A stretch of 64,000 nucleotides of DNA, from positions 62,001-126,000 of the forward strand of contig JANNQV010000027.1 in the NCBI GenBank assembly GCA_031400935.1, in the 5' to 3' direction. This document shows positions 48,273-56,536 of this stretch, piece by piece. The position numbers were made by a program, and so were the translations under genes. The notes beneath the pieces were generated by a model. The model was not told where the DNA came from. It worked only from the letters and a program-made list of their open reading frames with translations, and did no database searches. Origin of the DNA: Armatimonadota bacterium (GTDB lineage Bacteria; Armatimonadota; Fimbriimonadia; Fimbriimonadales; Fimbriimonadaceae). Every line of letters begins with the position of its first letter. The stretch's first letter is position 1.

Positions 48273-48302
48273 TGGAACCGGCACTGCCGGTTCCATTTTT
48301 TT
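48273..48302 (+). terminator. Intrinsic terminator of the pst operon
   Basis: TGGAACCGGC-act-GCCGGTTCCA-TTTTTTT. Confidence 0.85.
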
Positions 48303-48324
48303 CTGTGCTGGTACCCTTCCTTCA

Positions 48325-49356
48325 ATGGCAGTTTCCGCAATGCGCTGGGATGACTCTGGTGCACTTCTTTTACTCGATCAAAGAGTCCTTCCTCAAACGG
48401 AAAACTGGCTCCGAATTGAATCTTGGGAGCAGGGCCGGGATGCAATTCGGGACATGGCAGTCAGGGGGGCACCCGCAATTGGAATCGTTGCCGCTTATGG
48501 AATGGCGCTCTCGGCAAAACTGGGTGCTGATCGCGCATTCGCAGATTCAGGTCTTAGATCCTCACGTCCTACTGCAGTAAATCTCTTCTGGGCTCTGGAT
48601 CGAATGTCGAAAATTGAACCTTGGAATTTTGAGTCTGCAATTGCTGAAGCGAAAGTCATTGAATTAGAAGATATGCAAATGAACCTCGCTATCGGCGAGA
48701 ACGGAATGAAGTTGATTCCGCCAGGGTCACGGGTCCTCACGATCTGCAATACAGGCGCATTAGCAACGGGCGGGCATGGCACGGCGCTAGGGGTGATTCG
48801 CTCGCTTCATTACGAAGGTCATGACGTTTTTGTCTTTTCCTGTGAAACTCGCCCCCGCCAGCAAGGGCTACGGCTTACTGCCTATGAGCTTATGAAGGAA
48901 GAAATCCCATTCCAAAGCATCGCCGACAGCGCGGCTGGGGCTTTGATGGCATTGGGAAAAGTGGACTGCGTGATTGTGGGGGCTGACCGAATCGCATTGA
49001 ACGGTGACACAGCCAATAAAATCGGTACATATTCTCTGGCAGTTTTGGCAATGCATCACGGAATTCCATTCTATGTAGCTGCGCCGAGTTCAACTCTGGA
49101 CCCAACACTTCCATCTGGCAATGAAATTCCGATTGAAGAGAGGTCAGCTGAAGAATTGACTCACATTGAGGGAATCGCAATCGCTCCAGAAGGATGCCCT
49201 GTTTGGAATCCTGCATTTGACGTTACGCCGGGCGAACTAATTTCGGCAATTGTTTCGGAGGACGGAGTTTTTGAGAGGCCGTACAATTTTGAGAGCGGGG
49301 AGCGTAAGGTGGAGAGCGGACAATCGTCCTGGCCGCAAAGTTCATACGACCCATAG
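48325..49356 (+). CDS. mtnA: Methylthioribose-1-phosphate isomerase
   Basis: LLDQRVLP, MAVRGAPAIG, RPTAVNLFWA, LTICNTGALAT, ETRP..QG.RLT, GADRIALNGDTANKIGTY, NPAFDVTP. Confidence 0.95.
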   Translation: MAVSAMRWDDSGALLLLDQRVLPQTENWLRIESWEQGRDAIRDMAVRGAPAIGIVAAYGMALSAKLGADRAFADSGLRSSRPTAVNLFWALDRMSKIEPWNFESAIAEAKVIELEDMQMNLAIGENGMKLIPPGSRVLTICNTGALATGGHGTALGVIRSLHYEGHDVFVFSCETRPRQQGLRLTAYELMKEEIPFQSIADSAAGALMALGKVDCVIVGADRIALNGDTANKIGTYSLAVLAMHHGIPFYVAAPSSTLDPTLPSGNEIPIEERSAEELTHIEGIAIAPEGCPVWNPAFDVTPGELISAIVSEDGVFERPYNFESGERKVESGQSSWPQSSYDP

Positions 49357-49442
49357 TGTTTGGGGATGTGTCGAACCCCAAATAGCAAAAACTAAGAAAC
49401 GACAACCAACAACCAACATCTAGGAAGCGGTACAACCGAACC

Positions 49443-50735
49443 GTGAACATGCTTTCCATCATTGGGACTCGAAGAGATTGCGGAATCCATGGTGAAGCCG
49501 AATTTCGCTTCTTGGCCGAGGGCGCAGCCAGCGGAAGCATCCCCGATTATCAGCTTTCTTCGTGGCTGATGGCGGCGGTATTGAATCCACTCTCCATTGA
49601 AGAAACGGCGCTGTTGACAATGGCGATGGCTGATAGCGGAGAAAGGCTAAACCTTGCTGATTTGCCCAAGCCCAGGGTTGACAAGCACTCCACTGGTGGC
49701 GTTGGGGACAAGACCACAATCGCGTTACTGCCTTTGCTTGCCTCGTGCGGGCTGACGATGGTCAAAATGTCTGGAGCAGGACTCGGAATCACTGGTGGAA
49801 CGGTCGACAAATTGCAGAGCATTCCAGGTTTTCGAGTTGATCTTTCTCCAAACGAAATGATGGCTCAAACCAAACGAATTGGCCTTGCAATAACAGGCCA
49901 AACTCCAAAGCTCGCACCCGCCGATAAGGCACTTTACGCACTTCGAGATGTGACTGGCACAGTGAAATCCGTACCACTAATTGCAAGCAGCATCCTCTCC
50001 AAAAAACTCGCTGGTGGAGCAGAAACGGTTGTGATTGACCTCAAAGTTGGCTGCGGCGGGTTCATGAAGACTATCGAAGAAGCACGTGAACTCGCCGATG
50101 CAATGCTTGCAGTGGCGAAAATTTGCGGATTAAATCTTCGAATCGCTATGACAGATATGGAATCGCCTCTGGGATATGCCGCTGGCAACGCATTGGAGAT
50201 TCGGGAAGCGATTTCATTTCTTCAAGGAAGTGTTGAAAATCGGTTTTCAGAACTTTGCCATCAACTGGCTGGTTTCACCCTTCAGGCTGTCGGAAAAGCT
50301 TCGACGGTGAGTGAAGGTGCTTTGATGGCTAAGGATGCTGTTAAATCGGGAAGAGCGTATGAAAAGGCAACAGAATGGTTTTCAGCACAGGGTGCCGATC
50401 TTTCCAAATGCCTAGATTCGCTTCCTATTGCGCCTATCCAGAAGGAAGCCTTCTGGGAGGGAACTCCTGGCATTGTGTCCCGAATTCGGGCTGATTTGAT
50501 TGGTCAAGCTGTTCTTGATTTGGGTGGTGGTAGAAAGCAAAAAGGCGACAGTATCAACTATTCCGTTGGCGTTGTACTGACCATTGAGCCGGGCAGTCAG
50601 GTTTCGCGAGGACAGCACATTGCTACGATCCATGCCAATTCTGACAATGGAGCGCAAATTGCTAGCGACGCTGTTCAAAGTGCAATTCAGATCGGAGAAC
50701 CGCTGAACACTGGACCGATCATTGAACTTATCTAA
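49443..50735 (+). CDS. pdp: Pyrimidine-nucleoside/thymidine phosphorylase
   Basis: DKHSTGGVGDK, KMSG.GLG.TGGT.DKL, LAPADKALYALRDVTGTV, LIASSILSKK, LGGGR. Confidence 0.93.
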   Translation: MNMLSIIGTRRDCGIHGEAEFRFLAEGAASGSIPDYQLSSWLMAAVLNPLSIEETALLTMAMADSGERLNLADLPKPRVDKHSTGGVGDKTTIALLPLLASCGLTMVKMSGAGLGITGGTVDKLQSIPGFRVDLSPNEMMAQTKRIGLAITGQTPKLAPADKALYALRDVTGTVKSVPLIASSILSKKLAGGAETVVIDLKVGCGGFMKTIEEARELADAMLAVAKICGLNLRIAMTDMESPLGYAAGNALEIREAISFLQGSVENRFSELCHQLAGFTLQAVGKASTVSEGALMAKDAVKSGRAYEKATEWFSAQGADLSKCLDSLPIAPIQKEAFWEGTPGIVSRIRADLIGQAVLDLGGGRKQKGDSINYSVGVVLTIEPGSQVSRGQHIATIHANSDNGAQIASDAVQSAIQIGEPLNTGPIIELI

Positions 50736-52076
50736 TTAGAAAAGTTCTTTCAATTTTCCTGAGCTGTCGCCAAGCGATTCGAGAGGAACCCCCATTCGAT
50801 CTAACAGCGAGAGAAACAAGTTGTTCATCGGTGTGTTTTTGGGGAATTGATGATGGAATCCTGGCTTTAACTTGCCTGCGCCGCCGCCGCATAGCAGGAT
50901 CGGAAGTTCGTCATGATTGTGCCGATCTCCGTCGCTGATTCCGGCTCCGTAAACGAGCATTGTATTGTCAAGCAAAGTGCCGTCAACCTCTTTGATAGAT
51001 TGCATTCGGTTCAAAATATAGGCAAGTTGCTCAATCTGATAGCGGTCAATTTGTCGCTTCTTTTCTAGCTTGACCGGGTCTCTTCCATGGTGAGAAACAT
51101 CGTGATGCCCGTCCGAAATTCCGATTCCTCGAAAACTTCTGTTGCTACCGTCGTTTGCGAACATCAGCGTGCAAACTCGGGTTAGGTCAGCTTGAAAAGC
51201 GAGCACCATCATGTCGCCCATGATTCGAATATGCTCGCCATAGTCGAACGGGATTCCGCGAGGTCGAGCTGCACCAGGCAGGGATGTCTCTGGATGGTCT
51301 TTTTCGAATCTTTCGAGCCGCGTTTCAATTTCCCGAATTCCCTGCAAATACTCGTCTAGTTTCTGTTGGTCTCGTAGGCCAAGTTTCATTCGCAGATCTG
51401 CCGATTCGTTGCCCACAAAATCGAGAATGCTCTTACGAGACTTCAGCCGCTGAACTCGCGTTGCTTCCGACTCTCCAGCTGGGCCAGCTCCAAACAGTCG
51501 TTCAAAAACCAATCGAGGGTTGACTTCCTTCCCCATTGGAGTTGTATCGGATCGCCACGAAATCGAACTGGAATAGGCGCAACTGTAGCCTGAATCACAG
51601 TCTCCCGCTTGAGCGCCGCGCTCGCATCCGAGCTCTAACGAAGAAAACTTGGTCTCCTTTCCAATTTTGAGCGCAGCGACTTGGTCGGCAGAGATTCCAT
51701 TTCGAATATCGCCACCCGACGTCTTCTTGGGGTGAACGCCAGTCAGCCATGCGGCAGTTGAACGTGCATGATCTCCCGGTCCGTCTCCAAGCGCAAATGC
51801 GTTGTGCTGAGCTAATCCTGAGAGAACGGAAAACTGCTTTCGCAAAGGTTCAAGAGGCTGCAATGTTGAAGGGAGCGAGAATGATGTGCCAATTTCAGAT
51901 GGCGTCCAATGCTCCATGTGCATTCCATTTGGGACGAACAAATACGCCATTCGGTTGATGCGAACTTTTGGCGTTTGGGCGAGCGCACTTGTTGGTAACA
52001 TGCCTTCAAGCATGGGGAGCGAGATCGCTGTGCCCAGGCCTCGCAATATGGTTCTTCGGGATAGTTTGTGGCTCAT
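50736..52076 (-). CDS. DUF1552 domain protein (twin-Arg-like leader)
   Basis: LSRRTILRGLG..ISLP.LEGM, VPNG, CDSGYSCAY..SISW, HH..SHH, DG.RHNH..LP. Confidence 0.85.
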   Translation of the reverse strand: MSHKLSRRTILRGLGTAISLPMLEGMLPTSALAQTPKVRINRMAYLFVPNGMHMEHWTPSEIGTSFSLPSTLQPLEPLRKQFSVLSGLAQHNAFALGDGPGDHARSTAAWLTGVHPKKTSGGDIRNGISADQVAALKIGKETKFSSLELGCERGAQAGDCDSGYSCAYSSSISWRSDTTPMGKEVNPRLVFERLFGAGPAGESEATRVQRLKSRKSILDFVGNESADLRMKLGLRDQQKLDEYLQGIREIETRLERFEKDHPETSLPGAARPRGIPFDYGEHIRIMGDMMVLAFQADLTRVCTLMFANDGSNRSFRGIGISDGHHDVSHHGRDPVKLEKKRQIDRYQIEQLAYILNRMQSIKEVDGTLLDNTMLVYGAGISDGDRHNHDELPILLCGGGAGKLKPGFHHQFPKNTPMNNLFLSLLDRMGVPLESLGDSSGKLKELF

Positions 52077-52090
52077 GGTGTTGGTTTTTA

Positions 52091-52256
52091 GGAAGGGTGC
52101 AGGGTTTAGGGTATGGGGTACGTGATTCGAAAACTAGTTGCCGGTTGTTGGCACGTCGTCAATCGAAGCAATCCACAATCTTTCGGCTCTCCGCTCTCTG
52201 CTCGTCATTCCGCACTCTCGAAATTCGCAATACCCCAAATCCCATACCCTTCCCCA
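52091..52256. repeat. Inverted heptamer-like tandem repeats bracketing the intergenic region
   Basis: GGAAGGG TGCAGGG TTTAGGG TATGGGG TA ... TACCCCA AATCCCA TACCCT TCCCCA. Confidence 0.65.
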
Positions 52257-52257
52257 T

Positions 52258-54549
52258 TCATCCCCTCCTAGTTAGAAACGCCGGACTTGTTGCAACCGCT
52301 TCGATCATTGCATCAAGTCTGTACTCTTTTGACTTTGTTTCACTCACAATTCGTTCAATTGACGGATTATCTTCCCTATCAACACCTCTTCCAAGCGCAT
52401 AAGTCAGCAGTTTCTTTGCCAACGCCCGAACAAAGTCATCCTTTCGATTCAATAGCACTTGCCTCAACGACAACGCATTGAGAATTTTCGTGCCATCGGG
52501 AAGTGTTCCGCTCGTGTCCACTGCGAACTCTCCATCCTTCAACCGCCATTTGCCAATCGGGTCAAAATTCTCAAACGCAAAACCAATTGTGTCCATTTTC
52601 ATGTGGCATGTCGCGCAATTCGGATCGCGGCGATGTTTGGCAAGTCGTTGTTTCATCGTTTTTGTTGGAATTTTGTCGGTATCGCCTTCGATTACTCCCG
52701 CACCTGGCGGTGGTGGGGGCGGCGGATCTCCTAAAATCTGTTCCAACACATATTTGCCGCGCTTCACCGGCGATGTTCGATTCGGGTTTGAAGTGACGGT
52801 TAGTACAGAGGCTTGGGTGAGGACTCCTCCACGCATAGAGTCGGGAAGCGTGACTTTCCGAAACTGGCTCCCTGCAACTCCTTGAATTCCGTAGAAAGTT
52901 GCCAGTCTATCGTCAATCAGCGAATAATTTGAATCAATAATCTCCGTTACCGGTCTCGCGTTTCGCAAAATATAATCGAAGTACGATTCCGTTTCCTTTC
53001 GCATTGAAGAGCGAAGTGAATCTGAAAACTCCGGAAACATATCGGGATCGGGGCTAACGGATTCTAGCTTTCTGAGCTGAAGCCACTGGGATGCAAAGTT
53101 TTCGACCAGCGCTCTCGATTTTGAATCTGAAGTCAATCTCTTGATCTGTAAAGAAATGATTTCTGGTTTCAAGAGGTTGCCAGATTTTGCCAAGTTTTGA
53201 AGTTCCGAATCTGGCGTCGAGCTCCACAGAAAATAGCTCAAACGACTTGCAAGCTCATTGGCTGAAACAGGACGCGTTTTGTCATTGCTGGCATCTAACT
53301 CGGCACGAAACAGGAAATTCGGCGAACAAAGAATCGCTGTAATTGCAACTTGAATTCCACGCTCAAACGGCTCTCCGCCTTGGGCAGCATTTTGGAAAAG
53401 CGACAGCAGGCGCCCAAGCTCTATTGACGTTAACGGTCTTCGATATGCCCGATTTGCAAAAGCTGAAACAATTTTTTCGGCAGCGGGTTTCGGATTTGCT
53501 GGGTCGGGAGTAGCGATCATGATCGCTTTGTGAGCCGCGGGCAATTCAGGGACAATTCCGATTGGTCCGATCAGCTCTGCGTTTTGAATGTATAGGTTTC
53601 TATCACGTTGCTTTGGGTCTGGGTCGGTTGGCGCATAGTAGTCATTGATAAAAGATAGTTCGACGGCAAAATTTCCATTTGTAAGCTGAATTGGCACTTC
53701 GTAATTTGATGGAATGATAATTGATTTGACGTCGAATGTTACAATTCGTTTGCCGTTCAAACTAACTGCCATCTTTGCATATTCCTTACCTGCCTGCTGA
53801 CCGTATGCTTTTATCCGAAGCTTGTATCCACCAGGGGTTGTGATTCTTACTTGGAACTTCGCTGAAGCATTCGAATACATGCCGATAATCTCATCCGTAT
53901 TTGCTCCGCCTGAAACCTCCATGTTCTCAGGCCCAAATTCACGGCTTTTTGACCCTGGCAGTTGTATGGCGGTTTCAGCAATCGTTTCAGCCGCCTCGAT
54001 GTACCGTTCCATGAGCAATGGAGAAATCGAGAGTACAGAGCCGATGTTGTCAAACCCTTCGCCCACATCGTCAGAAGGGAAGTCGTCTGCCGGCGATAGT
54101 CCAATCCCTGGAAACAAGTCTCTGATCGTGTTGTTGTATTCGGCGCGGTTCAACCTTCGAATCGAGACACCTTTTACTGGAGGTTTTGGCGCCGATGGTT
54201 TGCCAACAATCTTATAAATCGCGTCCGCAAATGCTTTTCCTTTTGCGGATGGGGGGCGCATCAGCCCTACTGGCGGCATGGTGGATTCTAATACTCGTGC
54301 GGCACCTGCTTGCCATTGCCGCTTAAACTTCGTCAAATCCGCCTTCTTTTTGACTAGCGTCATGTCGAATCCAGCTTGGGAAGCTTTCCCCGTGTGACAC
54401 GGTAGACAAAAATCCTTTATGAATGGCTGAATTGTTTTTGTGAAATCGTTGGCAGCGGGTGCGACCTTCGGCCTCTGCTGTGAAAAGCCAAGCACAACGG
54501 GCAAGACGGCCAGCACAGCTAGGCAAACATGGTTCAAGCGAGAATTCAC
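52258..54549 (-). CDS. Planctomycete-type c-cytochrome / DUF1587-1595-1592-1588-1585 protein with CBM-like insert
   Basis: CLPCH and CATCH heme motifs, RRLNRAEYNNTIRDL, ELASRLSYFLWSSTPD, RTSPVKRG, DRNLYI. Confidence 0.88.
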   Translation of the reverse strand: MNSRLNHVCLAVLAVLPVVLGFSQQRPKVAPAANDFTKTIQPFIKDFCLPCHTGKASQAGFDMTLVKKKADLTKFKRQWQAGAARVLESTMPPVGLMRPPSAKGKAFADAIYKIVGKPSAPKPPVKGVSIRRLNRAEYNNTIRDLFPGIGLSPADDFPSDDVGEGFDNIGSVLSISPLLMERYIEAAETIAETAIQLPGSKSREFGPENMEVSGGANTDEIIGMYSNASAKFQVRITTPGGYKLRIKAYGQQAGKEYAKMAVSLNGKRIVTFDVKSIIIPSNYEVPIQLTNGNFAVELSFINDYYAPTDPDPKQRDRNLYIQNAELIGPIGIVPELPAAHKAIMIATPDPANPKPAAEKIVSAFANRAYRRPLTSIELGRLLSLFQNAAQGGEPFERGIQVAITAILCSPNFLFRAELDASNDKTRPVSANELASRLSYFLWSSTPDSELQNLAKSGNLLKPEIISLQIKRLTSDSKSRALVENFASQWLQLRKLESVSPDPDMFPEFSDSLRSSMRKETESYFDYILRNARPVTEIIDSNYSLIDDRLATFYGIQGVAGSQFRKVTLPDSMRGGVLTQASVLTVTSNPNRTSPVKRGKYVLEQILGDPPPPPPPGAGVIEGDTDKIPTKTMKQRLAKHRRDPNCATCHMKMDTIGFAFENFDPIGKWRLKDGEFAVDTSGTLPDGTKILNALSLRQVLLNRKDDFVRALAKKLLTYALGRGVDREDNPSIERIVSETKSKEYRLDAMIEAVATSPAFLTRRG

Positions 54550-54672
54550 ATTGATATTGTATCGCACACTTCGTGGCTTGCGAAACTACTCTTCCGATTC
54601 GGAAAGAATGCTGGCAAATGGTGGGGGGACTGAACCCATTTCAGAAACTCCCGACTTTTTAAGGTTGAATAC

Positions 54673-56370
54673 TTACTTTTTGCCACGCATGAAGGGTCTT
54701 CTTGTTTCCTGAACGGGCTCATAATCCATCCCTCGTTCTGGCGGCATACCGTAGAGTTCTGGATGCTGATAAGTGCCTCTTTCGGTTCCAATTTTTTCAA
54801 CTACATCCTTCGGCTGTTTACGCTTTACGTAGAGATCATTACGGTCAGCATCTACTCGCCACGAAACCTTCACATTTGGCGCATTGGTTCGGACCTGAAA
54901 TCTGTTCCCCCGAATTTCCTTACATATTTTCGCCATGACGAAGCGATCCGAGTCGGCGTCGTCCACGACGGTCAACTGATATTTGAAGTTGATGTTGATC
55001 TCATCGAAGTAGTCGGGCAATTCAACCCAGGCGTACCCTTTCGAATCGGTTACGACATTTCCGACGTAGAAATTCTGAGGCATCGGGCTTTCGCTCGCAT
55101 AGTGCAAAAGGTACTTGTTTTCGGGATCGAATGGATGGTCAATTCGAAACGGTTTTACGCCACTCGCGCCCATATCACCGCTGGCGAAGACCGCATATCC
55201 ACTCGCGATGATTGGTGCTGAGCCGAAAACGCCATAGCCAACACCTGTTGTGCTGGGTGAATCCCCTTGAACACCCCTCCCACCGGAATTGAATGCAGTT
55301 CCCCATACTCCGCGACCAATACCGCTCCCACCTTGAGTGATTCCCGAAACTCCAGTTCCGCCACCAGATGCATAGCCGTAGACTCCGTTCCCTAACTCTG
55401 AAAAGGCGAGACCGTAGACGCCAGATGTACTACCAGTCGCATGGTAAGCTTCTCCAAAAACTCCGGTGCCGTTTTCGCTCATGCTTCGCCCACGAACTCC
55501 ATAACCAAAGCCGGAAGTAGAAGTGGAAATGCCAAAGACTGCTGTGGCACCTAAGGGGACACTGGCACCCGTTGCTGCGCTCTCAAAGTAGCCGCCATAC
55601 GCCGGGCCACTCGCAGCAGAGTTATGCCCATAAATCCCTCTTCCTGCTGGGCTGTCGCTTTGACCGTCAACACCAGAAGTTGTTCCATTGGTGGCTCTAG
55701 CCCAGCCTAACACTCCCGTTCCTGATGGGCTGAAACTATGAAAAGAACCTCCGTAAGTTGCCCCGGTTGTGGCGTTTGCAGTTCCGAAAACTCCCAATCC
55801 CGAGGTGCTTGCCGACTCTCCGTAAACGCCGGATGATGTCCCTGAACCGCCCGTGACAGAACCATAAACTCCACGACCACTAACAGAAACGCCGGTTATT
55901 CCCCAGCCACCGCCATTCTGCGACCCCCACACGCCGATTCCAAATCCGCCTGTCCCCAGGTTCACGCCGCTTACCCCTGCCGAAAACGAACCTGGGCTTG
56001 TAGAAGTGATTTCGCCCAGAATGCCAATCGAGTTTGCAGCAGTCGAAGTATTCGACCCACGAATTATTGGCAAGCTATTCTGAGTGCCGGAGACGATAAG
56101 TGGGCTACTAGAACTCATAAATGCAGAACTATCGAGTCCATCGAGGAGATTGGCGTTAACGTTGGTCAAAGCCGCACCGCCACCTGCAAACTGGGCAGCG
56201 CGGGAAGTGCCCGAAACATTCGAATGCCCAGATTGGCTCGTGCCAGGAGTCGTTGGTTGAAGGCTCACATAGCTTTTCGGCGAGCCGAGTTGAGACTGCG
56301 CAGTTGTGGCAAGTAGGGCTGCCGTTCCTGCAGCGACGATAACAAAAGACAATATGGAATTACGATTCAT
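54673..56370 (-). CDS. Secreted Gly-rich repeat (fibre/adhesin-like) protein, paralogue 2
   Basis: Signal peptide; NANLLDGLDSSAF; periodic GxGVxG; C-terminal KPFRIDHPFDPENKYLLH domain. Confidence 0.75.
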   Translation of the reverse strand: MNRNSILSFVIVAAGTAALLATTAQSQLGSPKSYVSLQPTTPGTSQSGHSNVSGTSRAAQFAGGGAALTNVNANLLDGLDSSAFMSSSSPLIVSGTQNSLPIIRGSNTSTAANSIGILGEITSTSPGSFSAGVSGVNLGTGGFGIGVWGSQNGGGWGITGVSVSGRGVYGSVTGGSGTSSGVYGESASTSGLGVFGTANATTGATYGGSFHSFSPSGTGVLGWARATNGTTSGVDGQSDSPAGRGIYGHNSAASGPAYGGYFESAATGASVPLGATAVFGISTSTSGFGYGVRGRSMSENGTGVFGEAYHATGSTSGVYGLAFSELGNGVYGYASGGGTGVSGITQGGSGIGRGVWGTAFNSGGRGVQGDSPSTTGVGYGVFGSAPIIASGYAVFASGDMGASGVKPFRIDHPFDPENKYLLHYASESPMPQNFYVGNVVTDSKGYAWVELPDYFDEININFKYQLTVVDDADSDRFVMAKICKEIRGNRFQVRTNAPNVKVSWRVDADRNDLYVKRKQPKDVVEKIGTERGTYQHPELYGMPPERGMDYEPVQETRRPFMRGKK

Positions 56371-56536
56371 GGAACACTCTCCCCTTTCGAGATCAGATAT
56401 TCATTATGTGGGCTTTCCTGGCAAATTCACGGAACTGAGGCAATTGCTGGCTAAAATGTTGGGAGAGATGGTCACTTGAAGTTGCCAAGTTGTTTGTAAC
56501 TTTCCTGCCACCTGCCGTTTACTTGCCAACCACCTG

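Noticed and set aside
48138..48324. SAM riboswitch upstream of mtnA
   Set aside because: No SAM-I core (AUC..AGA / GCAACC / GUGC); the segment reads as a pilin-like C-terminus plus the pst terminator.
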